NCBI GenBank assembly: GCA_000320545.1
Contig: ADNK01000241.1
Coordinates: forward strand, 1 to 64,000
Origin: Bigelowiella natans CCMP2755
Taxonomy: Eukaryota > Protista > Cercozoa
Direction: 5' to 3'
Length of the DNA stretch: 64,000 nucleotides
Part shown: piece after piece, positions 28,155 through 59,645 of the stretch
Layout of the letters: the number at the start of each line of letters is the position of its first letter
How positions within the stretch are numbered: position 1 is the first letter of the stretch
Made by a program: the position numbers and the translations under genes
The notes under the pieces: model-generated
The model's input: only the letters and a program-made list of their open reading frames with translations
The model's database searches: none
What the model was told of the DNA's origin: nothing

Positions 28155-28887
28155 TGCTTCTTCCTTTTTTCGTTGCTACTGCTGCTACTACTACTGCCGT
28201 TTCTGCAAGCCGCATTGCGATCATCGTTGGGTCGCGGACGCTTTTCCCCGTTAGGATTCTTCTTTTGGCTGGTTTGTACCGTATCAGCCGCGGTCTCCTC
28301 CTCATCTTCCTCCTCCTCCTCCTCCTCCTCCTCCTCCTCCTCTTCAATCTTATCAGAATAGTTATACTGAGGCCTAGTCCGGGACCTCCGTTTCTTGCCA
28401 AGGAGCGCCATTGGATCTTGAAAGACGAACTCCCTCCGTCTCTCCTTCACCCCAGCCTCCTCCGCGTCCTGCTTTGTCGCCCAATCCTGTCGGGTTTCGT
28501 TGGCTCTGCTTCCGTTCGCGAGGAAGTCCCACACCCACAGGGGGAACTTGCCAGGGGGGGCAGCATTGTAACGGTCTTTGTCGTCCATCGCCGTGTAGTA
28601 GGCGTACTCCTCGTCATCTCGCGCGATAGAGCGGTTGATCATGTCGAGTTCGGAGACACGGTTCACGTCGTCGTCCTCGCCGCGCTGCAGCACGCTCTTC
28701 ACCAGTTTCTGGGACTCGTCCACCTTGTAGTCTTTGTTGAAACCTGTGAAGTAGCGACCGGATAGCGAACAGCAAACGAGGGAGGAGAAAGGGGAGGGGG
28801 ATGGGGCCGGAAGGAAAGAATATTGGTTCATCGAGTGAGGGCGATGCTTTATTGACATGATTTTAGGGATTATTACGACGGTAAGAC

Positions 28888-28927
<40 letters not shown>

Positions 28928-31714
28928 TGACCTCCCGCTTGGATGACCATGGCCTCCACATCCCTCTTGTTATTCGCGGTCTGTAACACCTTCTCCTCGA
29001 TCGTCCCCACGGTGACGAAGCGTATCGATATCACCTTGGCCCGCTGCCCGATGCGGTGCGCACGAGCCTGGGCCTGCAGGTCGTTCTGCGGGTTCCAGTC
29101 GCTGTCGAATAGAATCACCGTGTCCGCCGTTTGCAGGTTCAGCCCCAGCCCGCCCGCCTTCGTACTCAGAATGAACATAAAGTAAGGGGAGTCCTCCGCA
29201 TTGAAAAGCTTGAGATTCTGCGCACGGGTGGTTGCGGCCGTCGTTCCGTCGAGGCGGAGATAGCGGTATTTCCGGTACTCCAGGTAGTGGCCGATGATGT
29301 CCATGCTCTTGGTCATCTGGTTGAAGAGGAGCACCCGGTGGCCCTTGGCCTTGAGCTTCCGGAGGATGGTGTCGAGCATGCGGAACTTGCTGCAGACCTT
29401 GATGAGGTCGGAGTCGATCATGTAGCGGTAGGAGTTGGGGATGCCTCGACAGTACGGATGGAAGAGGTAGGGGTGGTTACATATCTTCCGCAGTTGAACC
29501 ATGCGATTGTGCATCGAGACTTTGCCGTCCTTTATCGCGTGGTAGAGGACCTTCTGCACGGACGTCATCTCGCAGCGAAGCACAACGTCCACCTTATCCT
29601 GGAGCTGGCTTTCCACCTCCCTCTTCTCTCGGCGCAGGACGAAGGGGCGGAGAATGTTGTGGAGACGGTCAATCACCAGCAGCTTTTCCTCCTCGTTCAT
29701 GTCTACGTCTGTGGAGCCCTCCGCCCCGAGATTCTTCTCCAACGGCGCTGCAAACCACTGCTGAAAGTTGTCACAGGAGTTGAAGATGGAAGGGTGGAGG
29801 AAGTTCAGCAGCGACCAGAGTTCTGGGAGGTCGTTCTGCAACGGTGTGCCGCTCAGGGCGATGCGGCGGGCTCCCTTGTCGTACTCATTGAGATCGGACA
29901 CTAACTTACACTTCGGGTTCTTCAGCCGGTGTGCTTCGTCGACAATGATATATTGCCACTTGGTCTTGCGCAGGTACTTCTTGTCTCGCATCGCGAATTC
30001 GAACGTGGTAAGTAGCGCGTTGTAGTTCCCGTAGGCCATATCCTCCTCCCTGAGCTTCTTGCGGTTCTCCTTGCCCCCGTCGTAGACGATGACCTGCATG
30101 CTCGGAACCCAGCGGTTCATCTCGTAGGCCCAGTTGTTATGCAGTGTGCTCATCGGTGCAATCACAAGGAACGGCCCGTTGTTACCCTTATGCTCCATTA
30201 CGTACGCCAGCAGCGATATCGATTGAATGGTCTTACCAAGGCCCATCTCATCTGCCAAGATGCCGTTGAGGTTGTTATTGTACAGGGACACGAGCCACTG
30301 CAGCCCCGCCATCTGGTAGCTCCGAAGCTTACCGAAAACGAGGGCCTTCGGTTGCTTCAGGACCTTCTCCTTCGTCTTGTGGGCGAGATTGTAGTAGCGC
30401 TTTCTCGTGCCTCGGAGGTCGAGATGGTTCTTCGGCGACTGGTTGACTGGGGCGGCTGAGTTGTCGACGTCATCTACAAAGTCAGCGCCTTCTCCATCGT
30501 TCTCTCGCATTCGTTTGTTCCGTGCCTGTTCCTTCTGGATGGTAGCACCTATCAACTCCATATATTCTTCCGTTTGCTTAAGGAGGCTCATCAAGCGTTC
30601 ATTTTTGGCTTCTTTGAGCAATTCCATGTACTTTTCCTCGTCGTTCTCGCGGAGGGCTTTCAGGCGGGCACTATTCGCGCTCTTCTCGTGTTCTTCCTTC
30701 TTCTTTTGTCGATTCTGAAGCTCTCGAATCACGGCCTGAATATTTTCACATTTAGCCATACAGCTTTAAAGTGTGAATGCTAGGACATACAAACACGTCA
30801 ACGAAATTTGTGCGCTTGTTATCGGAGTGAGGTGTATCGAAGTATGATTCGCAATTTCTGACCTTTGCAAGGTTTCTCGCTATTCTACGTTGTTCCCTAT
30901 GAAATGTGTTGAAGGTTTTCCGATGATGGGTGCACACGTGCTGCAGAAATTCTCTGCGGGCTCTTTCTTTCCTCTTGTTTTCCTTCATCCTATTCCTCCG
31001 GCTCGCCTTCTCTCGTTGACGCTGCTGGCTCTCAACCAACGGAGGTGGCCTGAACTCTCCCCCCAGGATGATCTCCGGATTCAAACTCTCTACGACCTCT
31101 TTCCGTACCTTCTGTTGCAAGGCGATGACGTCTTCATCCAACCTAAGCTCCTCAAGGCGAAACGCCAACGAAGGCTGTTTCTGTTTTTCTTGGTACCGTT
31201 TCAAGGAGTTTCTCAACATCAACCGCCTTCTTTTCAAAGCGGCGTCCATTTCAGCCTTATTTTCTTCCTGCACAATCTTGAAGTCCATCTCTGAAGGTGT
31301 TATCTGAGCAGCCATAAGTTCAGTTATGGCGGAGCATGGATCACTGTCTACTGCTGGGGCTCGCATGGAAGGTCCAACCTCGCGAAGCTGCTTCCCGATC
31401 ACCGGCTGCTTCACGAGTAGCGACTTGAGATTATCGATTTGCATAACTAATCTCTCGTACTGCGTGGGTTTGAAGATGCCCTTCGAGGTGATTTGTGTCC
31501 GTGCTATCCGACTGATCTCTCTCATCTTCTGCTTGTTGTCTTCCACCACCTTCACAACGTGGTGCAACAGCCGCATCAAAACCCTGTACCTTTCACTGTT
31601 AGTTTTACCCTCCTTTCTAGCCAGCTCTGCCATTTCCACAAGCTCGCGGATGTCATTGCCGGAGAAATTCACGTTCCCCTCCCTCAGGCATACGGCGTTG
31701 CCCTTCGGGAACAT
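27392..31714 (-). CDS. SNF2/BRM/STH1-type SWI/SNF ATPase (QLQ, HSA, SNF2_N, helicase C; no bromodomain), 3 coding exons
   Basis: Motifs: QLQ-like FKPTQYERLVMQIDNLK; HSA ARLKALRENDEEKYMELL; GILADEMGLGKT; DEAH; LSGTPLQN; STKAGGLGLNLQTAD; QAQARAHRIGQ. Introns fall at AK|AVIRE and QAG|GFNK. Confidence 0.93.
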
Positions 31715-32670
31715 CGCGGCAGCAATCTAAGAATTCCTTGAAGGAAGGGATAGGGTATACTGGTGTGGTGGCCTGCTGAGTCCGCACCCCTCTCACTAGC
31801 TTGGCGGGAAAGAGTTGCGGTTTTGAATGGAGCTTGTGAGATTCAGTAGCAGCAGCGGTAGCAGCAGCAACAGCACAGCGGCGGCTGCAGCAAGCGAGAA
31901 AGACACAGAGGGGGGAGCTCCACAGAGGATCAACCGCGCCACAACCGGACACCGAAATGATTTTCAGATTATAGGATATCTCGACAAGGAGATAAAAATC
32001 AAATATGATTTTAAAATGGTTCATTTTGGATGTGTAATAGATGAAATATCCTCAATTACATGATTTGAAAGTATTTTGTGCGGGAAGAAGATCTGATAAA
32101 AATTTATAAGATAAAATAGGTGTCATAAAAACATTTAGATATACAAGAAAATCATCCAAAATTATATCATATTGGGATATAATTTAATTTTTTTTCCTAA
32201 ATTAACGGGTGTAGGGATCTATTTGGTGCAAATACTGTATCTCAAATTCGGGAAGAGTATTGGAAATCAATGCCTGGTTATCCCGGATTTATCCCGTTAT
32301 AGGTTAAAATAGAGGACTTCTCTCTGAAATGCATATCCAATCTTCTTTGACGAAAAAATAAAATTGTCACGCGGCGTGGTTAGACCGTTTTCACTATTTC
32401 TTTAAAATATCGCGCGAGTTTTTTAGGTAGAGTCTGTTGTTCAAAGTTCTACTTTCTGCAGTTCTTTTAAATCTTCTCGGCCTCCAAGCGTTTTCGCGCC
32501 CGGGGGAATTTAAGATACAAAAGAAGGGTTGAAACAGTTTGAGAAAATGCGAGATGCACAGTATTAAGGAAATATTACTGGTAAACATCGTTAAACGACA
32601 TGAACATGTTGGAAAATATGTGAAAAAATAAGAACCAAAGTGTTACACTGGTGGTCCAGAAAACCAGAGA
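31715..32670. promoter_or_regulatory. Divergent promoter region SNF2 / prefoldin 1, AT-rich core
   Basis: Lies between opposing start codons, with a strongly AT-rich block at about 31960-32400. Confidence 0.55.
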
Positions 32671-33312
32671 ATGGCGGAAGGGAAGACGAGCAGCGGCGAT
32701 GCTGATCCTCTCATCGAAATACAGCGCAAAAAGGTCGTTCTCTCACGGCAGCTCATCCAGATCAAAGGCCAAATGCAAATGAAACAGAGAGCTGCAAAGG
32801 GCACAGAACTCACGATAGCCGAGATAAAGACGATTCCAGAAGACACCCAGACATACAGAGCCGTCGGACGAATGTATTTATTGACTGTTTAACACACTTT
32901 AAAATGAAAACTGACCATAATATCTTCAAATCATAGCTGCATAGGGATTGGCATTAATTTTCTTAAATTTTCTACCTCTCCCCAGGTTTCTACTCACGCC
33001 GATGCCAGAGGTGCGTAAAGGTTTGAAGGACTTCCTTGACGAGACGTTGAGCGACATAGAGCAGCTGAAGGTTATTGAATTATTGTCCAAAATATGTGTG
33101 GAGTGAAATTTATATTTTAAATTTCACATAATTTAGGCGAAAGAAAAATACGTAGAGAAGCAAGCAAAAAGCGTAGAATCAGAGCTGAAACAGGTGGAGA
33201 CGCAACACAGTTTAGATTGACGTGAGAAATGGATTATGTACTTGTAGAGGACTTAGCCAATATCACAATATTCTCTTTTCTACAGGTTGAAGCAGAAAGC
33301 ACCGGGGGGTGA
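32671..33312 (+). CDS. PFDN1: Prefoldin subunit 1 (beta-type), 4 exons; alternative stop at 33346 possible
   Basis: ELTIAEIKTIPEDTQTYRAVGRM|FLLTP, followed by the coiled coil AKEKYVEKQAKSVESELK. Confidence 0.85.
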
Positions 33313-33349
33313 AAAACCTTCGTTCCAATTCGTTCCCGTACTATGACTA

Positions 33350-34800
33350 GGACACGTACAATACGAGTTTAGCTAAATGAAATAGCCATCAGCAATGTGC
33401 ACAAATATGATCCAGGCATTGTATTACACGGCCATACTTCAACGATACTGAACACTTTTGTTTTGCCCCTAAAATTGAAGCATGCATATTTTATTTCTAT
33501 GTAGAGCACACATGAATTGTTTAACTATTCTTATGTCTACTCGTCGAGTATCGATAAAAGTACGACATGTAGGATTAGGCTCAGGCTAGTGCGATGCACT
33601 ACTGACAAGTCGGACACATCTAGACATGCATGTCTAGATGTGCAATTAAGTAAATTGTGGCACATCACACTGGTGCTACAGGTTACAGATTGCTGGACGG
33701 TTGCGCAGGGATGGAAAGCGTGCGTGCGATTCATGTGCGCTACGATGCAATTGCGTGTTTATTAGCAGAGGCAGGCACATAGTATGGCCGTGAACGTGTG
33801 TAGCTAGCGAGCTAACCTGCCCTAAGTCTACGACAGACATGAACAAGCTAGCTAGCGCAAGCATCGTCATCTCAACATGCATCGAGCAGCTCAAATTCAC
33901 TGGATCGATGTGTCATCATCATCTTCATGAAGGGGCATCGCATGGCGGCTACATGTACTAGCTAGCGATAGCCATGGGTATGTCACTACAACATGTGGCA
34001 TCGATCTGCTAGTTTGCCATGCAACGTGCACATGCTAGCATGGCTTGGTGGGCTGGGCACTGCTAGACTGCGCATGCATTCATTGCAATGTTATAGTCAT
34101 TTAGTCATGCCACATAACAACCACACTATCTACCGTAGCTAGCTAGAACGCTAGCAGTGCATGTGCCCGACTAACCGACACCTCTAGACCTGTGAATGTT
34201 TTGAATTGGCAAAATGGCTGATCATGCGCTAGCATACGCCCATCGCTTCGATTGTAGTCTGTTCGCCAAGCTAGCAAGTTCGACAACAATAACATCGCTT
34301 GTGTTCAATGGCATTGACGAGCTGTCGAACAATCTAGCAATGCGGACGGGGCGACATCCCTATACTTGTTTATTTTGCTCATTCCGAGGTGTATCGTAAG
34401 TGATGTTGCCAAAGATTTTGAACGGAGCAGTCTAGCAATCACTAAAGCGTGTCAACTGAATCTACATTGTTCATCGGATTGCATCATCACTGACGTTCAC
34501 ACCTTGCTAGCTTGCATGCGCTACAATAGCAACGTGCCATGCATGTGCGAGGGCACCAACGCCACGAACATGTTATGCACTGCCACACATGATGTAGTCT
34601 TTTTACACATGCATGTACTGTAGTTCATACATAGCAGCTGCTAGTTATTGCATCTAGGCATTGCTAGATTGTGTGCAGAACTAGCAGATATCAAACAGCA
34701 TCTTCAGCATCGTCAATCGCATGATGTACAGCGAATTCAGATACGACGGGGCAAAGTGGAAGTATATATGTGCATAACAACTCTACTGTGTCATCATCAC
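33350..34800. other. CTAG/CATG-palindrome-rich convergent 3' spacer (PFDN1/UTP10)
   Basis: Dense GCTAGC, TCTAG and GCATGC words, a 28-bp perfect palindrome, and no microsatellites. Confidence 0.75.
33615..33642. repeat. 28-bp perfect palindrome CACATCTAGACATGCATGTCTAGATGTG
   Basis: The sequence equals its own reverse complement. Confidence 0.95.
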
Positions 34801-34821
34801 TAAAATTTTTCATTCGTTAAA

Positions 34822-52211
<17,390 letters not shown>

Positions 52212-53683
52212 TATTCCTTATCTCCAGCCTGACGTTCGAACACATGCACTCTTAGAAACCCCACCTTCGCTCAATAAATGCTATGTGGAACAGTTAACGA
52301 AACTTCCTCCTTTCGAGGAGCAATGAGGGACATAATTTATCGGCTTTGTTGTCAGATTAGCAAAACAAAATGCGAGCAGGGAGGGGCATTCGGACCCGCG
52401 AAGGGGCTATGCCAAGAGATGCAACAGTCCAGAAATCTTAGAAAGCTTTCGTTTTTTGCACGGCGGCTCGACTAATACCATGTCGCTGAGACTTTTTCGG
52501 AGTTATGCGAAACCCACCGAAGACCTGTGTGAAATACATCCTATTATTCCTCGAAGACATAAAAAACAAAAATAATAACCAATAGAATTGCATCGGGCTC
52601 CCGACCAGCGACAAAATAACGCCGAACCTGCCCTGAGACAAGGTCTCATATTTTTTCGAAGCCTACTCGTATTCGTAGCCGAGAAGGAATAAGCAGGAGA
52701 TCTTTGCTGTAAACCTTCCTATCTTTTCTTGGGCGATTTTGCTGTTTAGCTTTTTTCCCGAACCAAATTCGTCAATTAATCTAGGAGAATCGTCCAGGAC
52801 GTCTTGATCCTTTCTGGAACCCGTCTGTGAAAGTGAAGGAACATCCCCCATGCAATCTTGCCCGTACTTTTTAGGAAGACACATCTCATTGACGCTTGCC
52901 TGAAATGCAGCCTGCTTCTCGACTTGGTAAACATGTTGTTTTTATTCGGTTCTGATGTTCTTCGAAAAACACCATGGTTTTTCGATAGTTTCCTGACGAC
53001 TAAGGTGTTTGAGACTCTTGATAGCACTAGGAACCCATCGAGTCCCCTGTACGAAAGAAGTCGTATGAATTCAAGGTCATTTACTACTTACGGCAAACAA
53101 CTAGGATCGAAGTTCGAGCACTCTCCGATTGTTTCTGAGGTGCGATCGCCCCTCCCCATTCTGCCTCTCCTCTCTGTGTACATGTATTTCGAATGGTCCA
53201 TATTTCGCCCTTCGTTTTGATTTGAATCTTTCAGGGAGGTTAGATTTTCCTACCTCCCCTTTTTCCGGCAGTTCAAACCCGAGATTCCAATTCTTTTCCT
53301 TCCTTGCCATCGGTGTTCGGAATGGGGATGGGATTCGAGAATCGATGGGAAGGGGCATCCACCAGTCATTTAAGAATCAGAATATTTACAATTTACGTTT
53401 ATCAATATATTTTTATTCAAGAAAACCATGAACTGCTTGCCTTGCCTCCCCTATCACGAGATTTCAAACTCGCTCTGCATACTTCATTTCCAGCATGGAA
53501 GCGCAACAATTTCCGCCCCCCACGCACTGTGCACCCACTTGGGAATGTTGCTTTTATACCCAGATAGTGTTTAATTTCATCAACATACCATCAGTCATTG
53601 CAGTATCGCCGCACAAAGACTCAGCAGGGGTCAGCAGACCAGGCAACGCTACTCCCCATTGATACCCAACGAGGCGGTTCAGC
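52212..53683. promoter_or_regulatory. Divergent promoter/5' region UTP10 / PTEN-like gene
   Basis: Lies between opposing starts and is free of microsatellites. Its short ORFs have no recognisable motifs. Confidence 0.45.
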
Positions 53684-54564
53684 ATGAGCAGCCCGCTGAA
53701 ATATATTTCCGGTGTATTTCGCCGTGCCCGGCAGAAGGTTGCTGACATCCGCGCGGAGAATCGGTTGCGGAAGTTGTTGGCGAGCAGTGGCCTGGTCAGC
53801 ATTGACCCCCATTTCGTTTCGGATAATACTAGAAAAAAGACTAGTAAATAGTGGCCATTCTGCACGGACGATTTCCATCTGCGTGCCCGTTTTCATAACA
53901 TCTACAGGGCCAAAAAAGAAGCGTCTTTTGTCCTTGTAGCCCTCGATATATCTCATACTCCATGTTGACAGATTTCGAACAGAGCATGTCGAACGAATAA
54001 CCTACCATTTATGAAGGTGCGGGTGACTAGAAATATATTCACGATGGAAGGAGAGAACTTCGACGTTGTGGAACAGGTGGGTATTGATTGCCCACAGTAA
54101 ACGCAGGCTGTATGCACAGTTGCTTATCAGTCTGCTGCTGCCCGCCCCCCCCCCCCCCCCCCCTTTCTTTTGACGCATGAACTACTCGTAGGTTTTAGAA
54201 AGGTTCCACGGTGGGCATTATCTCGTGGTGGTGGTTGGCTCACACATCTTACGTTCTTGTCCCGAGGGGGTGCTGGAATCCGTAAAGATTGATTTCGAAC
54301 ACCCAGATTCTCTATCGGACGTGATCTCAGCCTGTCAGGTGATAATAGGACTTGCATCTAATTCTGTTGTGCGTAGTAATCGTTTGAGGTATGCAGATGA
54401 ACCAAGGGACGTTTTCCCATTAGTAACACCTGTCGTCTTTCTTCTTCGTTTATGTATGCGCTAGTCAATGAATCGCTGGCTCTTGGCGGACGACAAGAAC
54501 ATCATCGTCCTCTGCGCAGATAGGTTGTGAAATGCGTTAATGGGTGCGCATGAGCGTGTGATGG

Positions 54565-54603
<39 letters not shown>

Positions 54604-56657
54604 AGTGAGAGAGAGAGAGAGAGAACGCTTGTAGTGAATGGTGACTGGATGGAGTGTACAAATGTGATAGTACAGTATAATATTGTTACAACCATATGGA
54701 TGTTGTTGCTGTTGTTTTCCACTTATTACCGTTCTACGTCTAGTTGCTAATTGAGACAACCAGTGGTTTTGAAATGTTGTATCTGTCTTTTCCCACTCTC
54801 CACCTTCCCACAGCAAACAGCTCGACAAGCTAGTGACGTGCATGCTCTACTTCAAGCTTCAAAAGGCGGCGGGAAAAGTGAAGTCTCCGGCGAATGAGGT
54901 CAAGATAGAAAATAATACGTTGAAGAATAGAGAGGAGACAACTTCTACCATGAAGGAGGAGGAGGAGGAGGAGGAGGAGGAGGAGGAGGAGAAGAAAGCT
55001 CTTGGAGATGGCGATGATGCCGGTAGTGCCGATGATAATGGAGTGACGATGGAGGCTACTGCTGCTAGTACTACTGGTGATGGTGGTGGTGTTGCTGCTA
55101 GAGCCCAAAGGAAAGCACTTGTTCATGAGAAGCCGGCAACAATGAGGGTCGATACAACGACACCAATCAAAAGTGATCATCGTCGCATTGCAACCGCTCA
55201 AAAACGGCTCCTAAGGCTGCTTCCATCGCATAGGTCTAACCCCGTACGTGCGAGTATATTCTGGCGCGCATTTGATGTGTGCTTGGGGGAGAAGAGGAGG
55301 GGCGGGGTTCCCGCTCCTTCTCCTCCTACTCCTCTCCACCTCTCTTCACCACTCTCAATCATCAGTTTAATGTTTAATCCTATCTTGTTGCTATGGCCAT
55401 GTTTCTGGGTGTGGTGTGGTGCTATTATGCATGCTTGGTATTGATGCACGATCGATCTTCTTAGGCGATTTGTCAAAGACTTCAAGGTGGCTATCGAATG
55501 CGGCTACTCTTCTGCTGGGGACCCCTTAGTAATAAATAATCGTAGCTAGCAACAATGATAATGTAGTGGATGGATACGCGAATCGCCAAACCATCATCAT
55601 ATTCACCATCATCACAACCATCATTATCATCGTCATCATCATCAACCTAATATTCCAACGATGATCGACGTTTGCACAGATTCTGAAGGAATTAGTGATT
55701 GAAAACCTACCCCCTGCTGATAGAACGGGGGCGAAGATCTCCATACTGATTCAACAGAATAAGGTATTTTGTGCTTGCTTTCTGTACGTGCATGTTTTAT
55801 CCTTCTGCGATAGTTATAAAGTGGCAGAAATGATGGTTGTGTGTGTTGCAGCGGAGGAGGAGGAAAAGGGGGGTATTCTTGCCATATTGTATAGTCCTCG
55901 AGTACAAGCGCCCTCCTCCTCCTCCTCCTCCTCCTCTACCTCTGTCCACGTATTATGTGCTAACATGTCGTACGCCATTCCACCAGCGATTCGCCTTCTC
56001 GACGATGCAGCGGGGCGGTGTGATCTGGCTGCCAGCGACAAAAAAGGACCCTGCCACAGCATGCATCTCTATAGGGTAAATATATAGCTAACAATAACAC
56101 TCAACAATTCTTCTTTAAAGAACACCTTCACGCTAAATCGGTCGTGAAAGGTTTACTCCACGATATCAGTTGTGGCACGCTACAGCTGCATCGAGATATC
56201 AGTATATTTCTATCATCATCATGATCATCGTATGCCCCCCCTCCCCCCTCCTCTCCACCCACACACACCGCCCACCACACCGTTACAGGGCCAAAGTCAT
56301 GGAGGATGCAGTGATAAGGGTCTATCATCACCCGGAGCGCGCCACTACGTCTAGGCCACAGAAGTTGCTTTTCAAGGTGCTGCTGTCCATCTACCTGACC
56401 GTGTATCTGTCCGTATGCGCTGAGAACGGTTGAGAATGATGAGGAACTTGTGTATATCGTCTGGCGAGTCTCTTATCGGTGACTCCGTGAGAAATCTGAG
56501 CTGCGATCTGCTTCAAGGGGGAAAACTAATAATCGCTCCTCCACATCTCAACCCCCCCCCATTCCCTTACTCCGAAGGAGAGAAAAGCCAACGACAAAAA
56601 CGGAGCAACTAATTCAATGTTCCGCTATCCGCAACCCCTTCCCCCTCCCCCCCCTCC

Positions 56658-56696
<39 letters not shown>

Positions 56697-56836
56697 AGGT
56701 GCAGATATATATGGACATCGCGAGGCATAGGGGGTACCTACTTCGGTACGAGAAGGGAGACATCGACGAGACGGCGACGAAGGACTCTTACCCATCCAAG
56801 TTCCGATTTCAGACCATTTTCGAAGGTTGCTGTCAT

Positions 56837-56901
<65 letters not shown>

Positions 56902-57267
56902 GGCCGTGCTTCTGGCCTCAGTTTCAAAATGAAGTCATTCGCCTCAAGTTGCATTACGATATCCCCTCACTTAGAACCTGATTCAAAAACGGTGTCGCGG
57001 CACGCGCAGCCGCACTCCAAACGCACGCAGAGGGCGAAAAAATACTGGTAATTCGTTGTTTAGAGCTGTTAGTACCAGCATTCCAAAACTATCGTGATTT
57101 ACCTAATACTACTACAACTACTACTACTACTACTACTACTACAACAACAACTACTACTACCGGTGATAAGCAAGTATAGCCCTACACCCTCCCGTTTTAT
57201 TTTCAGTAGCGACGTGCAATATGTTACTATATCTTCTGCAGGGTGACGATGACGACGATGATGATAT

Positions 57268-57302
<35 letters not shown>

Positions 57303-57782
57303 CCGGGCCAAGAAATTTCTCTAGTATCATCGGCAATCATGCTGAGTTATGCCGTGAAATTGCGGTGTTGTCGCGTTTTCGTGAAAACCAAGATGAGTCA
57401 GTCGCTGTGGTGTGAGACCGCCTACACTTATCATCGCTCTATTGCTGCTACTATGAAATTGTAAAAGGGAGGAGATGAAGAAGCGCAAGGGATACACAAC
57501 CATCGCCCGGGTCGACCTGTTGACCCTCTTGAAGGTTGGGGGGGGGAGTAGTGCGTGAGGAGGAGGGAGGAGGAGGAGCAGAGTTATGATGATGATGACG
57601 ACGACGACGACGACGACGATGATGATGATGATAGTGGAACGATGAGCAGAGCCAATGATCAACCCAAGTTGTAATAATGATTACAATAATATTGGGTGAG
57701 AGAGAGAGAGAGAGAGAGGGGAGAGGGATGAAGGAGGGGAAAGAGAAGCATAGCTGGTGTGCGAGGAGAATTTCCTTCTAAT

Positions 57783-57832
<50 letters not shown>

Positions 57833-58632
57833 CGGTTGTTCATACGTGTGATCGTACTGTCCTTAGGAAGAAGAAGGAAAGCAAAGAAGGTGGTTGTTGT
57901 TGCCTTTGTTTCTCTCCCTTCTTTCTTCTCTTTTTTTAAATTATATGTGATGATGCATGCCATGAACAAAGATCAACCCATATGGCAGTGTAGTGCATGC
58001 AGATGATGATGATGTAAAAACATGAATTCCTCCTCCCCCCATCCCCCTTTCCCAGTGTCGTTTGGGTGAGTAGCTGATGGTGAAGCGTTGTTGTCGTTGT
58101 CGTTGTTGTTGTTATTGTTATTCTTGTTGTTAATCTGGACAAAACGATAGTAGAAAAATGATGAAGGCATGCCATAGCAACCGAGAAAAGTACTAGCCAA
58201 TGCACTCACACACTTACACACACAATACACAATACACACGCATGGACAACTTCGAGCTTTTATACTGGTTTCCATTGAAATCGTAGTAGTGCATACATGC
58301 GTGCATGAATCATCATCACAAACAATGCGTGGGTTTCCCCCCTGCAATAGCGTTCGAATGCTGACGGGGAGGGTGGAAAGACTATTATGTGAGGGGCCAC
58401 TTTGATTTCTCCTTTGCCTACCAACGATTTAATCACGTCTCCCCTCCCCTTTGACAGATCCACGAGCGTGGAAGGTGATAGCAAGACAGAGGAGCACCAC
58501 GCCGCTCGCAACAGCTCCGAACACGCTGATGAAGGGCGCGAAATGTAACTACTAATCTGCGGCTGTATGTTCTAGTTGTTTCTCCTTCAAATGCTGAGAA
58601 TACTCGCTGTGCTCTGTGTGTGCTCTGTGTGT

Positions 58633-58696
<64 letters not shown>

Positions 58697-58795
58697 TGAA
58701 CTAGGCTGGACGACCTGAAGCTTGCGCAGCAGCTGCAGATGCAGTTTGACCTCGAAGCCAAAACGGAGGTGGATGGAGCAGGGAGCGGCAGCGAA

Positions 58796-58826
<31 letters not shown>

Positions 58827-59384
58827 GCAATTTTACCGGTAGTGAAGAGGAGGAGGAGGAGGCATCATCGCATCGTGTCTGTTAGATTTTATCTCTGGAT
58901 ATGCTGTTTACTATGTAACGATTTCACTGTCGGCCGCTTTCATGCCTAACTTTACACTTATGCACACACCTGTAAATATGTTGTGTGTATGTGTGTGTGT
59001 GGTGGGGTTGTATTTTTTTAACTCACTCTCTGTTCTTCATATCCTTTTCAGGCGACGAGGCGTATGCACGGCAGCTACAGATGCAAATCGATAGTGAATA
59101 TGTGCACTCGAGTCGAGAGCGCAGGGTAACGACATCGTTGCAAGCGTGCATGCGTGTTCTCATATTGTGTCTTATCATAATTATTTCATCGTCATCATCG
59201 TCATCATCATCATTGTCATCATCGTCATCATCATCATCGTCATCATCATCATTATCATTATCCCACGCAGCGGAGACGTGAATCGAGAACAGAGGTGTTA
59301 CTTCGAACGGGGGTAATAATGCATCATGCTACTACTACTACTACTACTACTTCTACTTCTACTACCGCCTTCAACATCTTCGTT

Positions 59385-59415
<31 letters not shown>

Positions 59416-59611
59416 CACTCAAGTGTCGTCTTCGTTACTGATTGTGTGCATCATCGTGTTATGTGGTTGTGGGGGTGCCTAACCCAGGCGATAGAACCAA
59501 GCCAGCTGCAATACGAGCAACTTCTAGAACTTGACGTACTACCTACCTACCTACCTACCTACCTACCAACATGCTGCCCAGATAATGGATGATGGGGATG
59601 ATAGTGATGAC

Positions 59612-59645
<34 letters not shown>

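Noticed and set aside
27672-31730. Long plus-strand ORFs opposite SNF2 (likewise those opposite myosin and UTP10 exons)
   Set aside because: They are antisense shadows of GC3-rich or triplet-repeat coding sequence, with no motifs.
52663-53956. Short ORFs on both strands between UTP10 and the PTEN-like gene
   Set aside because: No consistent splice chain or recognisable motif; treated as promoter/5' UTR and antisense of the first exon.
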